Notes under the pieces: model-generated
What the model saw: only the letters and a program-made list of their open reading frames with translations
Told to the model about the DNA's origin: nothing
Database searches by the model: none
NCBI GenBank assembly: GCA_003485325.1
Contig: DMZI01000041.1
Location: 13,289 to 77,288 of the forward strand
Source: Desulfotomaculum sp.
GTDB taxonomy: Bacteria; Bacillota; Desulfotomaculia; Desulfotomaculales; Nap2-2B
Length of the DNA: 64,000 nucleotides
Direction of reading: 5' to 3'
In this document: positions 10,125 to 22,416 of the stretch, piece after piece
Layout: the number at the start of each line of letters is the position of its first letter
Numbering within the stretch: the first letter of the stretch is position 1
Made by a program: the position numbers and the translations under genes

Positions 10125-10496
10125 TTATTTCTTACGGCGTATACCTACGGTCTTGCGAGGCCCTTTCCGGGTACGGGCATTTGTTTTTGTCCGTTGTCCC
10201 CTGACAGGCATACCCCGACGGTGGCGAAGACCACGGTAACATCCAATTTCAATAAGCCTTTTAATGTTCAGGGCTATTTCCCTGCGCAGGTCACCCTCAA
10301 CTTGATGATTCTTTTCAATTATTTCCCGAAGCTTGTTTACTTCCTCTTCAGCCAGGTTTCTTACCCGGGTATCAGGGTTGACTTTTGCACTGGTCAGGAT
10401 CTTTTTGGCCTGTGCACGCCCGATACCGTAAATATATGTAATGGCAACTTCCACACGTTTATCACGAGGCAAATCCACTCCTGCAATACGCGCCAT
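10125..10496 (-). CDS. rpsM: 30S ribosomal protein S13
   Basis: [23 protein letters not shown]. Confidence 0.98.
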   Translation of the reverse strand: MARIAGVDLPRDKRVEVAITYIYGIGRAQAKKILTSAKVNPDTRVRNLAEEEVNKLREIIEKNHQVEGDLRREIALNIKRLIEIGCYRGLRHRRGMPVRGQRTKTNARTRKGPRKTVGIRRKK

Positions 10497-10535
10497 TAAG
10501 TTTAGACACCTCCTTTAAACCTCAAATACTTACTT

Positions 10536-10649
10536 TTATCCTTGCCTTTGTTTATGTTTTGGGTTCTCACAGATTACCCTAATCTTGCCATGGCGTCGAA
10601 TAATTTTACACTTCTCACAAATCAACTTAACGGATGGTCGTACTTTCAT
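10536..10649 (-). CDS. rpmJ: 50S ribosomal protein L36 (Zn-binding C+ type)
   Basis: Not in ORF track. Manual translation [37 protein letters not shown]. Confidence 0.97.
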   Translation of the reverse strand: MKVRPSVKLICEKCKIIRRHGKIRVICENPKHKQRQG

Positions 10650-10681
10650 TTTCCTTTACCCCCCAAGAACTTATGAACATT

Positions 10682-10900
10682 CTACTTGTATCGATAAACA
10701 ATGCGGCCCCGGCTTAAATCATAAGGGGACAACTCTACCATAACTCTGTCTCCGGCAAGGATCCGAATAAAATTCATCCTTATTTTCCCGGAAACATGGG
10801 CTAGTACTTTATGACCATTTTCCAGCTTTACCCGGAACATCGCATTGGGAAGCGGTTCAATTACAGTACCCTCCACCTCAATAACATCCTGTTTTGACAT
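10682..10900 (-). CDS. infA: Translation initiation factor IF-1
   Basis: [22 protein letters not shown]. Confidence 0.98.
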   Translation of the reverse strand: MSKQDVIEVEGTVIEPLPNAMFRVKLENGHKVLAHVSGKIRMNFIRILAGDRVMVELSPYDLSRGRIVYRYK

Positions 10901-10902
10901 AG

Positions 10903-11199
10903 CTACCCCCTTTTAACCAGTGTTTCGGCCATTAAACGCTGCAATACATTACGCACCTCAAGGTCGGTTATACGCTGACCGGAATTCTTTTTCTCTTCAA
11001 TTTCACCGGCTTTTTGTGAATAAGCCATAAGGTGCTTTATATTTTTCTTTTTGGGTGCGGAAAGTTTCCGGATTTTCCCGTCAACAACCTGAACCATAGT
11101 CTCACTTAAAACATCAATAATAATATATACCCTTCCCGCATCCCGGCCGGCAATGGAACATACTAAACGACCAGGCGAAAACTTATTCTCCATGACCAT
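10903..11199 (-). CDS. KOW-domain RNA-binding protein (L14e-like)
   Basis: [13 protein letters not shown]...[17 protein letters not shown]; usual Clostridia position between map and infA. Confidence 0.85.
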   Translation of the reverse strand: MVMENKFSPGRLVCSIAGRDAGRVYIIIDVLSETMVQVVDGKIRKLSAPKKKNIKHLMAYSQKAGEIEEKKNSGQRITDLEVRNVLQRLMAETLVKRG

Positions 11200-11210
11200 G
11201 ATCTCCTCAA

Positions 11211-11957
11211 TTAAAGCCGTGTTAGTATCTCCGGTTCTCCTTCGGTAATGGCCACGGTATGTTCAAAATGAGCCGACAGCTCTGCATCCTTAGTAATTAC
11301 CGTCCAGTTATCAGTTAGAGTATAAACTTCGTGTGTGCCAATGTTAACCATTGGTTCGATAGCCAAGGTCATTCCCGGCTTGAGTCTTGGTCCGCGGTTT
11401 GGTTGGCCATAATTTGGAACCTGGGGTTCCTCATGCATATTTTTACCTATTCCATGCCCAACATAGTCTTTGACTACAGAATAACCATTTTTCTCTACAT
11501 GTGTCTGAATGGCATAGGATATATCCGATAAACGGTTGCCTTCACGCGCTTTTTTAATACCCTCATACAAAGACTCTTCAGTGATTCTTAGAAGCCTTAA
11601 AGCTTTGTCAGTAACATTTCCTACAGGGAAAGACTGAGCGCCGTCACCATAATAACCATTTATTTCCGTTCCTATATCAATACTGATAATATCTCCGTCC
11701 TTCAATTTTCTTAAACCAGGAATACCATGAACAACTTCCTCGTTTATTGAAACACAGATACAGTCGGGAAAACCATATAAGCCTTTGAAAGCCGGTTTTG
11801 CGCCATGACTGATAATAAATTCCTCTGCAGCATAGGCCAACTCTGCAGTCGTTACCCCCGGCTTGATTAACTTTAAAAGTTCTGCAAAGGTCCCGGCTAC
11901 TATCCTTCCGGCATCACGCATGTATGCTATCTCGCGTTTGGATTTTATGGTTATCAT
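11211..11957 (-). CDS. map: Methionine aminopeptidase type I
   Basis: SINEEVVHGIP, GHGIG..MHEEP, AIEPM, SAHFEHT; start MITIKS at 11957. Confidence 0.96.
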   Translation of the reverse strand: MITIKSKREIAYMRDAGRIVAGTFAELLKLIKPGVTTAELAYAAEEFIISHGAKPAFKGLYGFPDCICVSINEEVVHGIPGLRKLKDGDIISIDIGTEINGYYGDGAQSFPVGNVTDKALRLLRITEESLYEGIKKAREGNRLSDISYAIQTHVEKNGYSVVKDYVGHGIGKNMHEEPQVPNYGQPNRGPRLKPGMTLAIEPMVNIGTHEVYTLTDNWTVITKDAELSAHFEHTVAITEGEPEILTRL

Positions 11958-11973
11958 TGACCATACCCCATTA

Positions 11974-13233
11974 TTACTTAATGAAACCGTGGTAACTTCG
12001 CATAAGCATCTGAGATTCAATTTGCTTCATTGTATCCAGCGCCACTCCTACAACAATGAGAAGCGCAGTCCCACCAAAGTAAATATTAGGAATACGGGTT
12101 GCCATTAAAACAAAATTAGGTAAAATTGCTATTATCGCCAAAAATACTGCGCCTACAAGAGTTACTTTGTTCATTACCTTGCTTATATACTCGGCAGTCG
12201 GCCTGCCTGGGCGAATTCCGGGAATAAAGCCCCCGTACTTTTTAATATTTTCCGCTACATCAGAGGGGTTCATAATCACAGTTGTATAGAAGAAAGTAAA
12301 ACCAATTATCAGAAACGCATATATAATAGTGTGCGAAGCTGTTCCCCATGCAAAATAAGTCGTGTACCATGCGGAAAATTTTCCGCTTGAAAACCATTGA
12401 ACCAATTGTTCAGGGAACATTAATATTGATGATGCGAAGATTACGGGAATAACACCTGCCTGGTTAACCCTGAGCGGAATATGCGTATTTTGACCGCCAT
12501 AGACCCGTCTTCCAACCACACGTTTGGCATACTGCACAGGAAGCCTTCGCTGGCCCTCATTGATTAGGACAATACCCGCTATTACCAGAACGCCGATAAC
12601 AACAAGCAAAATAAGATTAAAATAGTTTATTGTTCCCGCTTGTATATATTCAACTGTCCTGATTATGCCGGCAGGTACGCGTGATACTATACCGGCAAAG
12701 ATCAAAAGTGATATCCCGTTTCCGATTCCTTTTTCCGTAATTTGCTCTCCTATCCACATCAATAATGCAGTCCCGGCGGTTAAAGTCAATGAAACTAAAA
12801 TATATTGATCCAGCGATGGCCTGATAAAGGCAATTTTAAGGGCTATGCTCATACCAATTGCCTGTATAAAAGCCAAAACCACAGTTAAATATCGTGTATA
12901 CTGTGTTATTTTCCTGCGTCCTTCTTCGCCTTCCTTGGCCAAACGCTCAAGGTGAGGAATAACAACAGTAAGTAACTGCATTATAATTGAGGCGTTTATA
13001 TAAGGCGTTATGCTCATTGCGAAAATAGAAAACTTCTTGAACGCGCCGCCTGATATTACATCAAAGAAGCCAAACAGAGCGCCCTGTGAAACAAGGTTTG
13101 AAAAAACCTCGTTATTAATACCTGGAACCGGTACATGGGCACCTAACCTGAAGACGAACAACATGAGCAAGGTAAAAAGCAGTTTCTGCCTAAGATCGCC
13201 TATTTTTAAAGCGCTCATCAAACTATTGATCAC
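11974..13233 (-). CDS. secY: Preprotein translocase subunit SecY
   Basis: [50 protein letters not shown]. Confidence 0.98.
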   Translation of the reverse strand: MINSLMSALKIGDLRQKLLFTLLMLFVFRLGAHVPVPGINNEVFSNLVSQGALFGFFDVISGGAFKKFSIFAMSITPYINASIIMQLLTVVIPHLERLAKEGEEGRRKITQYTRYLTVVLAFIQAIGMSIALKIAFIRPSLDQYILVSLTLTAGTALLMWIGEQITEKGIGNGISLLIFAGIVSRVPAGIIRTVEYIQAGTINYFNLILLVVIGVLVIAGIVLINEGQRRLPVQYAKRVVGRRVYGGQNTHIPLRVNQAGVIPVIFASSILMFPEQLVQWFSSGKFSAWYTTYFAWGTASHTIIYAFLIIGFTFFYTTVIMNPSDVAENIKKYGGFIPGIRPGRPTAEYISKVMNKVTLVGAVFLAIIAILPNFVLMATRIPNIYFGGTALLIVVGVALDTMKQIESQMLMRSYHGFIK

Positions 13234-13681
13234 TGGAAATCACCTCGACCTTACCGCCTGCAGCAATAATTTTTTCTGCAGCCGTTTTGCTGAAAAAGTG
13301 CGCCTGAACAGTAAGTGCTCTGGTTAACTCACCCTGTCCGAGTATTTTTATACCGTCACCCATGTTTTTAACTATCCGGGAGGACTTCAGTTCCATGGGG
13401 GAAACCAGGGTTCCATTTTCGAAACGATTCAAAACTTCAACATTTACACCCGTAATCCGCTTTTTAAAAGGAGCATTTGTAAAACCTCTTTTGGGCAGGC
13501 GACGCTGTAAAGGCATCTGTCCACCTTCAAAACCAGGACGAACTCCACCGCCGGAACGGGACTTTTGCCCTTTTGAACCCCTACCAGCCGTCTTACCCTG
13601 ACCGCTGCCAATACCCTGGCCCTTACGGTTGGTTTTCTTCCTGGCGCCTGGAGCAGGTTGCAGTTCATTTAGAAATACCAC
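13223..13681 (-). CDS. rplO: 50S ribosomal protein L15
   Basis: [31 protein letters not shown]. Confidence 0.97.
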   Translation of the reverse strand: MVFLNELQPAPGARKKTNRKGQGIGSGQGKTAGRGSKGQKSRSGGGVRPGFEGGQMPLQRRLPKRGFTNAPFKKRITGVNVEVLNRFENGTLVSPMELKSSRIVKNMGDGIKILGQGELTRALTVQAHFFSKTAAEKIIAAGGKVEVISSDQ

Positions 13682-13777
13682 TATAACACCTCCCCACCAC
13701 TATTTACGAAAAAATGTTATTTTATCATTATCCCAATGTTTAAGGGTTTTTTTCAAAATTAGAAACCGCGTAAGGGT

Positions 13778-14317
13778 TTATGTCGCTGTCGTAACAGCGG
13801 CATGGTCCCCATAACCTTTCCAATTAAGATCCTCCTGCGTTTTACCACGCAGGCGAGCCACCTCAGCAGGTGTTTTAAGCCCTTTCAGTGCCTGTACTGT
13901 GGCGTGAACCACATTGTTTGCGTTATGAGAACCTAAGGATTTTGTTAAAATATCACGCACACCGGCTAATTCCAAAATTGCCCGGACTGGCCCACCTGCA
14001 ATGACCCCCGTTCCAGGCGCTGCGGGTTTTAGAAGCACTTTTCCCGCCCCGAAAATCCCTACTACCTCATGAGGAATAGTAGTACCAATAACAGGAACTT
14101 TAATCATATTTTTTTTGGCATCTTCAATTCCCTTGCGAATAGCTTCGGGAACCTCTCCAGCCTTGCCCAATCCTGCGCCTACATGACCATCGCTGTCACC
14201 AACAACAACAAGGGCTGAAAAGCTGAAACGACGGCCTCCCTTGACAACCTTGGCAACACGGTTGACATAAACCACTTTTTCACTTAACTCCAGTTTATTG
14301 GCATCTATCCTTGACAC
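13778..14317 (-). CDS. rpsE: 30S ribosomal protein S5 with an atypical C-terminal tail
   Basis: [30 protein letters not shown]. Confidence 0.97.
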   Translation of the reverse strand: MSRIDANKLELSEKVVYVNRVAKVVKGGRRFSFSALVVVGDSDGHVGAGLGKAGEVPEAIRKGIEDAKKNMIKVPVIGTTIPHEVVGIFGAGKVLLKPAAPGTGVIAGGPVRAILELAGVRDILTKSLGSHNANNVVHATVQALKGLKTPAEVARLRGKTQEDLNWKGYGDHAAVTTAT

Positions 14318-14355
14318 CCATCCCCCTCCTTAATATTCAAATAACTTCATTAAAA

Positions 14356-14724
14356 CTAAAACTCCAAACCACTTTCTCTTGCAGCTTCAGCCAGTGCTTT
14401 TATGCGGCCATGGTACAGATACCCCGCCCGGTCAAATACAACTTTTTTAACTCCTGCCTGGATTGCTTTTTGAGCCACTAATTTTCCAACCGCAGCAGCG
14501 GCTGCCGTATTCCCACCGCTCTTCAAGTCATTCCTTAACTCAGGAGATAGAGATGAAACAGAAATCATCGTCATTCCCTGGTTATCATCAATTATATTGG
14601 CGTATATATGATTCAGGCTGCGGAAAACATTTAGCCTCGGCCGGGAAGCAGTGCCCTGTATTTTCCTGCGAACCCGCCATCTGCGACCGCAGCGCAATTT
14701 ATCACGGCTGGGTTTTATAATCAA
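14356..14724 (-). CDS. rplR: 50S ribosomal protein L18
   Basis: [34 protein letters not shown]. Confidence 0.97.
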   Translation of the reverse strand: MIIKPSRDKLRCGRRWRVRRKIQGTASRPRLNVFRSLNHIYANIIDDNQGMTMISVSSLSPELRNDLKSGGNTAAAAAVGKLVAQKAIQAGVKKVVFDRAGYLYHGRIKALAEAARESGLEF

Positions 14725-14755
14725 TCTACTTACCTCCTAATTCTTTGTTCGGGCG

Positions 14756-15304
14756 CTACTTCTTCCCCTTGCCACCAGCTTTACCAGCTTTTCTTCTAAT
14801 CTTCTCTCCCTCGTATTTTATCCCTTTGGCTTTGTATGGTTCTGGTTCACGCACAGCGCGAATCCTTGCCGCCAGGTTGCCTACCCTCTCCTTATCCATC
14901 CCTTTAACAACAACCCGGGTTGGCGCTGGAACATCTATTTCCAGCCCTTCCTCAGGAACTATTTCAACAGGATGAGAATATCCCATCAACAGAATAAGTT
15001 TATTGCCTTGTTTGCTTGCCCTGTACCCGACACCGGTGAGCTCAAGGGTTTTTTCGAAGCCATTTGTTACGCCTAAAACCATATTATTTACCAAAGTACG
15101 GGTTAGCCCGTGTAAGGAACTGTGCAGTTTTGTATTCGAAGGCTTTTCAACCAACAGGCGATCGCTCTCTTTGCGAATCACCATATCGGGGTGAATATCT
15201 CTAACCAACTGCCCTTTTGGACCCTTCACGGAAACCCTGTTGTTTACGACCTGTACATCTACAGCCTCCGGCAACATTACAGGCTGTTTACCAATACGCG
15301 ACAT
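14756..15304 (-). CDS. rplF: 50S ribosomal protein L6
   Basis: [22 protein letters not shown]. Confidence 0.97.
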   Translation of the reverse strand: MSRIGKQPVMLPEAVDVQVVNNRVSVKGPKGQLVRDIHPDMVIRKESDRLLVEKPSNTKLHSSLHGLTRTLVNNMVLGVTNGFEKTLELTGVGYRASKQGNKLILLMGYSHPVEIVPEEGLEIDVPAPTRVVVKGMDKERVGNLAARIRAVREPEPYKAKGIKYEGEKIRRKAGKAGGKGKK

Positions 15305-15328
15305 TAATAAATTTCACCTCCTTTAAGG

Positions 15329-15727
15329 CTACCAGACGTAGCAGATAACCTCCCCTCCCAAACCCAGCTTGCGTGCCTTTTTATCTGTCATAATACCCCG
15401 GGAAGTAGAGATAATTGCTATCCCCAATCCTCCCAACACACGTGGAACTGCATCTTTTCTTGCGTATACTCTTAACCCGGGTTTGCTAATCCTTTTGATA
15501 CCTGCAATTACCCTTTGTTTTTCAGGTCCGTATTTCATGAATACCCGTATAACGCCTTGTCTTCCGTCATTAATAAATTCAAAATCCCTAATCAGGCCTT
15601 CTTCTTTTAAAATACCAGCTATAGCCTGTTTCACTCGCGAAGCAGGAGCTTCAACTTTATCATGATATACTACATTAGCATTTTTAATCCGGATTAAAAA
15701 ATCCGCCACAGGATCCGTCATCACCAT
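15329..15727 (-). CDS. rpsH: 30S ribosomal protein S8
   Basis: [32 protein letters not shown]. Confidence 0.97.
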   Translation of the reverse strand: MVMTDPVADFLIRIKNANVVYHDKVEAPASRVKQAIAGILKEEGLIRDFEFINDGRQGVIRVFMKYGPEKQRVIAGIKRISKPGLRVYARKDAVPRVLGGLGIAIISTSRGIMTDKKARKLGLGGEVICYVW

Positions 15728-15744
15728 GAAAACCTGCCCCCTTT

Positions 15745-15930
15745 CTACCAGCTTGCCTTACGAACACCAGGAATCTCTCCTCTGTAAGACAACATCCTAA
15801 AACAAATTCTACAGATACCGAACCTGCGTATATAAGCACGGGGCCTACCACATAACATGCATCTATTGTATTTACGCACTTTAAATTTTGGCTCGAGCAT
15901 GGCTTTATTAACTAAAGACTTTTTTGCCAT
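15745..15930 (-). CDS. rpsN: 30S ribosomal protein S14 type Z (Zn-binding)
   Basis: RCMLCGRP...ICRICFR, 61 aa. Confidence 0.97.
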   Translation of the reverse strand: MAKKSLVNKAMLEPKFKVRKYNRCMLCGRPRAYIRRFGICRICFRMLSYRGEIPGVRKASW

Positions 15931-15989
15931 CATTCCCCTCCTTAAACATGTTTGCTTTCAAATTATCCAACCATAAATTTTATCAAGCA

Positions 15990-16559
15990 TCAAACAACTT
16001 CCGCTTTTTGCCGTACCGAAACCGTTTTAAAAGGCATTCCCATCAAGCCCAGGAAAACCCTTGCCTCTTCATCGCTTTTAGCTGTTGTAACAAAGATTAT
16101 ATCCATACCCCTGATTTTTTCAATTTTATCATATTCGATTTCCGGAAAGATTAGCTGTTCTTTGATGCCCAGGCTATAATTGCCGCGCCCGTCAAACGAA
16201 TCAGGAGAAACCCCCCGGAAGTCTCTTAATCTGGGAAGCGCTATGTTAAATAATTTATCTACAAATTCGTACATGCGGTCCCCGCGCAAGGTTACCTTAC
16301 AGCCTATTCGCATTCCTTGGCGAAGTTTGAAAGCCGCAATGGATCTTTTCGCTTTGGTTATTACAGGCCGCTGCCCAGTAATGATCGCAAGGTCGCTTAC
16401 TGCTGAATCCAAAGCTTTGCTGTTTTGGATGGCATCGCCAACTCCCATATTGATCACAACTTTTTCTAACCTGGGCACCTGCATGACATTTGAGTAGCCG
16501 AACTTTTCGATCATTGCCTTTATTACTTCCCCGCTGTATTTATCCTTTAATCTTGGCAT
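15990..16559 (-). CDS. rplE: 50S ribosomal protein L5
   Basis: [28 protein letters not shown]; start at 16559. Confidence 0.97.
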   Translation of the reverse strand: MPRLKDKYSGEVIKAMIEKFGYSNVMQVPRLEKVVINMGVGDAIQNSKALDSAVSDLAIITGQRPVITKAKRSIAAFKLRQGMRIGCKVTLRGDRMYEFVDKLFNIALPRLRDFRGVSPDSFDGRGNYSLGIKEQLIFPEIEYDKIEKIRGMDIIFVTTAKSDEEARVFLGLMGMPFKTVSVRQKAEVV

Positions 16560-16598
16560 TTTGATTATCCCCCCTGGTTCCATTTCTCCAAAAGCCGG

Positions 16599-16925
16599 TT
16601 AACTGAAAGACTCTCCGCATTTTCTGCAGACACGAACTTTTTTCCCGTCTTCCAGTATAGTCCGGGCGGGCCGTGTCGGTTTGTTGCATTTATTACAAAC
16701 CAGCATAACATTTGAACAATGTATCGGGGCTTCTTTTTCCATAATTCCCCCTTGCGGCATGTTCCGGGTTGGGCGCGAATGGCGTTTGACTTTATTTACA
16801 CCTTCAACTATTACCCTGGTCTTCTTGGGTTCCACAGAGAGCACTTTTCCCCGTTTGCCGGCATCTTTTCCTGTAATAATTAAAACATTGTCTCCCTTAC
16901 GCACATGAACTGGGGGCATTTTCAC
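16599..16925 (-). CDS. rplX: 50S ribosomal protein L24
   Basis: [18 protein letters not shown] motif, EAPIH.SNV. Confidence 0.97.
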   Translation of the reverse strand: MKMPPVHVRKGDNVLIITGKDAGKRGKVLSVEPKKTRVIVEGVNKVKRHSRPTRNMPQGGIMEKEAPIHCSNVMLVCNKCNKPTRPARTILEDGKKVRVCRKCGESFS

Positions 16926-16998
16926 ACCTCCTTTTTATACTTCTCAAACACCTTTTATGCTTATTAATAAACACCTGTAAATAACTTTATTTTAACTA

Positions 16999-17367
16999 TC
17001 AGATGACTTCCGGGGCTAAAGATACTATTTTCATGAAATCACGCTCTCGCAGTTCCCTGGCTACGGGGCCAAAAATTCTTGTCCCCCGCGGGCTTTTATC
17101 ATCTTTGATAATTACGGCTGCATTTTCATCAAACTTTATGTATGAGCCGTCTATGCGCCTTACTTCCTTCTTTGTGCGCACAACAACAGCCCTAACAACA
17201 TCGCCTTTTTTTACCACACCACCGGGGGTGGCCTCTTTTACAGAAGCTACAATTTCGTCTCCCAAACTGGCATAACGCCTTTTTGAACCGCCAAGAACCC
17301 TTATACACATTAGACGGCGTGCGCCAGTATTATCTGCCGCTTTCAGGATAGTCTGGACTTGAATCAA
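16999..17367 (-). CDS. rplN: 50S ribosomal protein L14
   Basis: [22 protein letters not shown]. Confidence 0.98.
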   Translation of the reverse strand: MIQVQTILKAADNTGARRLMCIRVLGGSKRRYASLGDEIVASVKEATPGGVVKKGDVVRAVVVRTKKEVRRIDGSYIKFDENAAVIIKDDKSPRGTRIFGPVARELRERDFMKIVSLAPEVI

Positions 17368-17386
17368 CTATGTTCCCTCCCTGATA

Positions 17387-17647
17387 CTACACTTGCTCAG
17401 CTCTCTCCAATACTTCGACAACACGCCATCTTTTATCCTTGGATAAAGGACGGGTTTCCATAATACGCACTTTATCTCCAATCCGGCAGGTATTCTGTTC
17501 ATCATGCGCCTTAAACTTTCTCGTCTGCCGGATAGTTCGCTGATATAGGGGATGCCTCACCAAGGTCTCTACTGCAACCACAATTGTTTTATCCATCTTA
17601 TCGCTTACAACGCGTCCTATTCTGATCTTGCTCAAATTTCTAACCAA
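17387..17647 (-). CDS. rpsQ: 30S ribosomal protein S17
   Basis: [22 protein letters not shown]. Confidence 0.97.
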   Translation of the reverse strand: MVRNLSKIRIGRVVSDKMDKTIVVAVETLVRHPLYQRTIRQTRKFKAHDEQNTCRIGDKVRIMETRPLSKDKRWRVVEVLERAEQV

Positions 17648-17677
17648 CCACCCTCACCCCCCTCGGATAAGCTTTAA

Positions 17678-17890
17678 TTAAAAGGTTCGAATACCCAGTT
17701 CGCGTTCACGAATAACAGTTTTTAAGTGGGCAATTTTTCTGCGTACTTCTTTTATCCTACTGGGATTATCAAGCTGGTTGGTGATCAGTTGAAATCTTAA
17801 CTTAAACAACTCGTCTTTGGACTCTCCCAGTTTCTTAACCAACTCTTCATCAGTTAAATCCTGCAAATCCTTAATTTTCATTAACCTCAA
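17678..17890 (-). CDS. rpmC: 50S ribosomal protein L29 (probable start 17881)
   Basis: ELFKLRFQ...[16 protein letters not shown]. Confidence 0.95.
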   Translation of the reverse strand: MRLMKIKDLQDLTDEELVKKLGESKDELFKLRFQLITNQLDNPSRIKEVRRKIAHLKTVIRERELGIRTF

Positions 17891-18302
17891 TTCCCTCCTC
17901 GCGCTTCACAAACCTGGTTTTAACGGGCAATTTATGAGATGCCAGGCGCAAGGCCTCTTTTGCAGTCTCTTCATCTACTCCATCAACTTCAAAAAGCATT
18001 CTGCCAGGTTTAACAACCGCCACCCAGTACTCCGGTGTTCCCTTACCGCTACCCATTCTGGTTTCAGCAGGTTTAGTCGTAATTGGACGATCGGGGTAAA
18101 TCCTAATCCATACCTTGCCGCCACGTTTCATATAACGTGTGACAGCAATACGGGCAGCCTCGATCTGCCTGTTTGTTATCCAGCATGCTTCCAGTGATTG
18201 CAGTCCATAACTGCCAAACTGCACTTCGGCTCCCCTCATGGCCCTGCCTTTTGTGCCGGGACGGTGCTGTTTACGATATTTGACCCTTTTGGGCATTAAC
18301 AT
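17871..18302 (-). CDS. rplP: 50S ribosomal protein L16
   Basis: [21 protein letters not shown]. Confidence 0.98.
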   Translation of the reverse strand: MLMPKRVKYRKQHRPGTKGRAMRGAEVQFGSYGLQSLEACWITNRQIEAARIAVTRYMKRGGKVWIRIYPDRPITTKPAETRMGSGKGTPEYWVAVVKPGRMLFEVDGVDEETAKEALRLASHKLPVKTRFVKREEGIEVNEN

Positions 18303-18970
18303 CAGACATTAACCCCCTGAGCAGTGGCAGCCTTGTTTTTTTGTGGCATTACCTCACCTTTGTAGATCCACACTTTTATACCAATTCTGCCATATGTAGT
18401 TTTAGCTTCACAAAATCCATAGTCTATATCAGCCCTTAACGTATGTAAAGGCACTTTCCCTTCACTGTACCACTCAGTCCTTGCAATTTCTGCTCCTGCC
18501 AGACGTCCGCTGCAGGCGACCTTAATACCTTTGGCGCCCTGTTTCATAGCTCTTAGGACGACTTGCTTCATAGCCCGCCGAAAGGCAGCCCTTTTTTCTA
18601 TCTGGGCAGCGACATTCTCCGCTACCAGCTGGGCATCTATTTCCGGCACTTTTATTTCAACAATATTCACATGTACCTGTTTCCCTGTCTTTGTTTCCAA
18701 TTCCTTACGCAAGACTTCAACCTCTGCGCCGCCGCGTCCAATTACTATTCCGGGCCTTGAAGCGTAAATGCTTATTCTGACACGGTTTGCCGCCCGCTCA
18801 ATTTGCACACGCGACACTCCGGCGGTATAAAGCTTTTCTTTAATATATTTTCTTATCTTTACATCTTCATGAAGCATACTGGCAAAAATCTTTTTGTTTG
18901 CATACCATTTGCCGTCCCAATCCCTGATAATCCCTAAACGTAAACCCTCGGGATGTACTTTCTGACCCAC
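18302..18970 (-). CDS. rpsC: 30S ribosomal protein S3
   Basis: [34 protein letters not shown]. Confidence 0.98.
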   Translation of the reverse strand: MGQKVHPEGLRLGIIRDWDGKWYANKKIFASMLHEDVKIRKYIKEKLYTAGVSRVQIERAANRVRISIYASRPGIVIGRGGAEVEVLRKELETKTGKQVHVNIVEIKVPEIDAQLVAENVAAQIEKRAAFRRAMKQVVLRAMKQGAKGIKVACSGRLAGAEIARTEWYSEGKVPLHTLRADIDYGFCEAKTTYGRIGIKVWIYKGEVMPQKNKAATAQGVNV

Positions 18971-18982
18971 AAAAAATCCTCC

Positions 18983-19324
18983 TTAAATAGAGTTCTTCTC
19001 CTTCACAACTACTGTTATATGACTGGTACGTTTACGGATGACGTTAGCACGTCCATAAGCCCTAGGCCGGAAGCGTTTAAGGGTTGGTCCCTGATCTACA
19101 TAGGCTGCAAAGACAAACAAATCATCTTCATTCATCTCATAATTGTGCCCGGCATTTGCGGCGGCAGATCTAACGACCTTGGCCACCGGCACAGATGCGC
19201 GATTGGGGGTAAATTTCAGTATGGCCAGAGCCTCGTTAACTTTCTTTCCTCTTATAAGATTTATAACATCGCGGACCTTCACCGGAGAAATCCGTATATA
19301 CTTAGCAACTGCTTTGGCTTCCAT
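18983..19324 (-). CDS. rplV: 50S ribosomal protein L22
   Basis: [21 protein letters not shown]. Confidence 0.97.
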   Translation of the reverse strand: MEAKAVAKYIRISPVKVRDVINLIRGKKVNEALAILKFTPNRASVPVAKVVRSAAANAGHNYEMNEDDLFVFAAYVDQGPTLKRFRPRAYGRANVIRKRTSHITVVVKEKNSI

Positions 19325-19343
19325 GTAAAGTCTCCCCTAAAAG

Positions 19344-19628
19344 TTATTTGAGTGCTGTAGACCGCTCAGTATGAGCGCCATGGCCTCTAAAAACACGGGT
19401 AGGAGCAAATTCGCCTAATTTATGTCCTACCATATCTTCAGTAACATATACCGGAACGTGCCTTCGGCCGTCATGGACAGCAATTGTATGACCAATCATC
19501 TGCGGGAATATTGTTGACCTCCTCGACCAGGTTTTGATAACCCTTTTTTCCCCTTTTACATTCATACCTTCTACCTTGCCGAGCAGTTTATCATCGCAGT
19601 AAGGCCCTTTTTTTAGTGAACGTCCCAT
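19344..19628 (-). CDS. rpsS: 30S ribosomal protein S19
   Basis: RSLKKGP, TWSRRS, GHKLGEF. Confidence 0.98.
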   Translation of the reverse strand: MGRSLKKGPYCDDKLLGKVEGMNVKGEKRVIKTWSRRSTIFPQMIGHTIAVHDGRRHVPVYVTEDMVGHKLGEFAPTRVFRGHGAHTERSTALK

Positions 19629-19668
19629 AATCCTGCACCCCCTTTACAGCTTCTTAACGCTTGTAAAA

Positions 19669-20493
19669 TTATTTCGTTCTCCTTTTGACAATAAGCCGGT
19701 CACTGGGTTTTTTCTTGCGTGTCCGCGCTCCTAATGCAGGTTTTCCCCAGGGAGTAACAGGGTTGCGGCCAATGGGCGATCTGCCTTCACCGCCGCCGTG
19801 GGGATGATCTACGGGGTTCATAACTACTCCACGAACAGCAGGTCTCGTTCCCAACCAGCGTGTACGACCGGCTTTACCAATAACGATATTCTCATGCTCA
19901 ATATTACCAACCTGACCGATTGTAGCCCTGCAATCCCTCAAAACAAGACGCATTTCACCTGAAGGCAGACGGAGGTGAACATATCTTCCTTCCTTTGCCA
20001 TCAACTGCGCTGCCCCACCTGCCGAACGGACCAGTTGACCGCCGCCGCCCGGATGCAGCTCAATATTATGAATAAGGGTGCCAAGCGGTATTTCTCTTAA
20101 AGGCAGGGTGTTGCCAACCTTTATGTCTGCGTCAGGTCCGGAGAAAACAGTCATGCCGACTTCAAGGCCGAGAGGCGCCACAATATATCTTTTTTCCCCG
20201 TCTTTGTATTTCAGCAAGGCAATTCTGGCTGCACGGTTAGGATCGTATTCAATAGTGGCAACCCTGGCAGGGATCCCATCCTTATTTCTTTTAAAGTCAA
20301 TAATCCTGTACATCTTCTTGTGGCCGCCGCCGCGATGCCGTACAGTTATCTTGCCAAAGGCGTTCCGGCCGGAAATTCTTTTCAGGGGCTTTAAAAGGGA
20401 TTTTTCAGACTTATCAGTAGTTATTTCTGAAAAGGCTGAAACAGTAACAAACCTTTGCCCCGGTGACGTCGGTCTAAATTTTTTAACTGCCAC
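19669..20493 (-). CDS. rplB: 50S ribosomal protein L2
   Basis: [19 protein letters not shown]. Confidence 0.98.
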   Translation of the reverse strand: MAVKKFRPTSPGQRFVTVSAFSEITTDKSEKSLLKPLKRISGRNAFGKITVRHRGGGHKKMYRIIDFKRNKDGIPARVATIEYDPNRAARIALLKYKDGEKRYIVAPLGLEVGMTVFSGPDADIKVGNTLPLREIPLGTLIHNIELHPGGGGQLVRSAGGAAQLMAKEGRYVHLRLPSGEMRLVLRDCRATIGQVGNIEHENIVIGKAGRTRWLGTRPAVRGVVMNPVDHPHGGGEGRSPIGRNPVTPWGKPALGARTRKKKPSDRLIVKRRTK

Positions 20494-20513
20494 TTAAGTT
20501 CTACCCCTTTTGA

Positions 20514-20795
20514 TCAACTAAAGATCTCAATTTTATCCCCTTCTTTAAGGGTTACGATAGCTTTTTTGCGATCGGACTTATGACCTGGAATATTGCGTAC
20601 TCTAACCGGTTTTCCCTTAACATTAATCGTGTTAATCTTAAGCACTTTTACTTTGAAGAGTTCTTCAACCGCTTTTTTAATCTCAATTTTATTTGCCGCC
20701 GGGTCAACGGCAAATGTATACTTGTTCTCCCCAGCCAGAGAGTAACTCTTCTCCGTAACTAAAGGCCACTTAATAATATCACGCGGGTTCTTCAT
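20514..20795 (-). CDS. rplW: 50S ribosomal protein L23
   Basis: [23 protein letters not shown]. Confidence 0.96.
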   Translation of the reverse strand: MKNPRDIIKWPLVTEKSYSLAGENKYTFAVDPAANKIEIKKAVEELFKVKVLKINTINVKGKPVRVRNIPGHKSDRKKAIVTLKEGDKIEIFS

Positions 20796-21417
20796 TCAAG
20801 AGCGCCTCCTCAATCCCGGCAAGGGCTTCTTTAGTAACAACCAGTGTTTCATAAACCAAAAGATCGTATATGTTCAGCCCATCAATAGTTACCGTTTTAA
20901 CATCTGAAATATTACGGGCTGACTTATAGATATTTTCATCTTTCAACATAGTAATCAGAAGGACCCCGCCGGATGTCTTAAGATTATCCAGGATATCGAT
21001 TATGTCCTTTGTCCGGGGCTTTTCTAATTTTAGTTCTTCCAGTACGATAAATTTATCTTCCATAATCTTGGAAGAAAGAACGGATTTAAAAGCTAACCGG
21101 CGTACTTTTCTGGGAAGGGTATAGCTATAGTCACGCGGGTGCGGGCCAAAAACAATACCCCCTCCACGCCAAATCGGCGAGCGTATGCTGCCATGTCTTG
21201 CTCTCCCGGTACCTTTCTGACGCCAGGGCTTCCGGCCTCCCCCTTGCACTTCACCGCGTGTTTTTGTATCGCTGGTACCTCTTCTGCTTCCTGCCAAATA
21301 CCTGATTACGGAATCATGCACAGCCGTATTATTTACAGGAGCGCCAAACACCTGATCATTAAGCTTAAGTTTTCCCAGCAAATCGCCGTTAACATTGTAC
21401 AATGACACTTCGGGCAT
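20779..21417 (-). CDS. rplD: 50S ribosomal protein L4
   Basis: [24 protein letters not shown]. Confidence 0.97.
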   Translation of the reverse strand: MPEVSLYNVNGDLLGKLKLNDQVFGAPVNNTAVHDSVIRYLAGSRRGTSDTKTRGEVQGGGRKPWRQKGTGRARHGSIRSPIWRGGGIVFGPHPRDYSYTLPRKVRRLAFKSVLSSKIMEDKFIVLEELKLEKPRTKDIIDILDNLKTSGGVLLITMLKDENIYKSARNISDVKTVTIDGLNIYDLLVYETLVVTKEALAGIEEALLNEEPA

Positions 21418-21431
21418 TAACCTGACCCCTC

Positions 21432-22073
21432 CTATGATCGTGCCGGGACGCTGTTTTTGACCATTACCAGACTGCCCCTGAACCCGGGTACGGCCCCTTT
21501 AACGGCCAATAGGTTGCGTTCTGCATCAATTCGTACTATTTCGAGGTTTTGCGCCGTAACTCTTTCCGTGCCGTAGTGGCCTGGAAGCCTCCGGCCCTTG
21601 AAAACGCGTGCCGGCCCCTTGGCTGCCAATGAACCCGGCCTGCGGTGGTACTTGGATCCGTGGGCCATCGGGCCGCGGTGAAAACCGTGTCTTTTAATAC
21701 CCCCTGCAAAGCCGCGTCCTTTTGAGACACCTATAACATTGACTATTTCCCCAACCTTAAAAAGGTCGGCTTTAATTTCCTCACCAATCTGGTAAAGACT
21801 GCTGTCCGGCACACGAAACTCTTTCAGAACATTTAAAGGTTTTAAACCCGCTCTTGCAAAGTGCCCTTTTAAGGGTTTATTAAACCTGAACTCCTTTTTT
21901 TCTTCAAAACCAAGCTGTATGGCGCTGTAACCATCATGCTCGGGTGTCTTTTTCTGGACAACAACACAGGGGCCCGCTTTAATAAGAGTAACTGGAATAG
22001 TTACACCTTCACCGGTGAAAACCTGTGTCATTCCAACCTTTCTGCCTAAGATTCCTCCAGGCATGAGAAACAA
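21432..22073 (-). CDS. rplC: 50S ribosomal protein L3
   Basis: [26 protein letters not shown]. Confidence 0.97.
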   Translation of the reverse strand: MFLMPGGILGRKVGMTQVFTGEGVTIPVTLIKAGPCVVVQKKTPEHDGYSAIQLGFEEKKEFRFNKPLKGHFARAGLKPLNVLKEFRVPDSSLYQIGEEIKADLFKVGEIVNVIGVSKGRGFAGGIKRHGFHRGPMAHGSKYHRRPGSLAAKGPARVFKGRRLPGHYGTERVTAQNLEIVRIDAERNLLAVKGAVPGFRGSLVMVKNSVPARS

Positions 22074-22107
22074 GCCTCCCTACTATAATTCATCTACCCT
22101 TGTTGCC

Positions 22108-22416
22108 TTAAAGCTTTATCTCAATATCCACGCCGGCCGGCAGGTCCAAGCGCATCAGAGCGTCTACCGTCTTGGGAGTTGGATCGAGAATGTCGACCAA
22201 ACGCTTGTGGGTTCTCATTTCAAATTGCTCCCTTGAGTCCTTATCTTTGTGGGGAGAACGCAGTATAGTGTATATATTTTTCTCCGTCGGCAAAGGAATG
22301 GGGCCGGCTACACTAGCGCCGGTTCTCTTTGCTGTTTCCACAATTTTCTGGGCCGACTGATCTAAAGTATTGTGATCGTATGCCTTAAGACGAATCCTTA
22401 TTTTCTGGTTATTCAT
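22108..22416 (-). CDS. rpsJ: 30S ribosomal protein S10
   Basis: [29 protein letters not shown]; start at 22416. Confidence 0.98.
   Translation of the reverse strand: MNNQKIRIRLKAYDHNTLDQSAQKIVETAKRTGASVAGPIPLPTEKNIYTILRSPHKDKDSREQFEMRTHKRLVDILDPTPKTVDALMRLDLPAGVDIEIKL

Noticed and set aside
10903-11199. L14e-like KOW protein and the L7Ae-like gene as eukaryote/archaea-like r-proteins
   Set aside because: Both are standard residents of clostridial ribosomal clusters
16926-16998. Three AGGTGT repeats upstream of rplX
   Set aside because: Most likely degenerate duplications of the SD region; too short to call an element
20514-20516. TGA stop of rplW giving a slightly short C-terminus (possible Sec/readthrough)
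   Set aside because: No SECIS-like hairpin, and the downstream sequence does not restore the conserved tail. I found no in-frame TGA/TAG recoding candidate in any gene.
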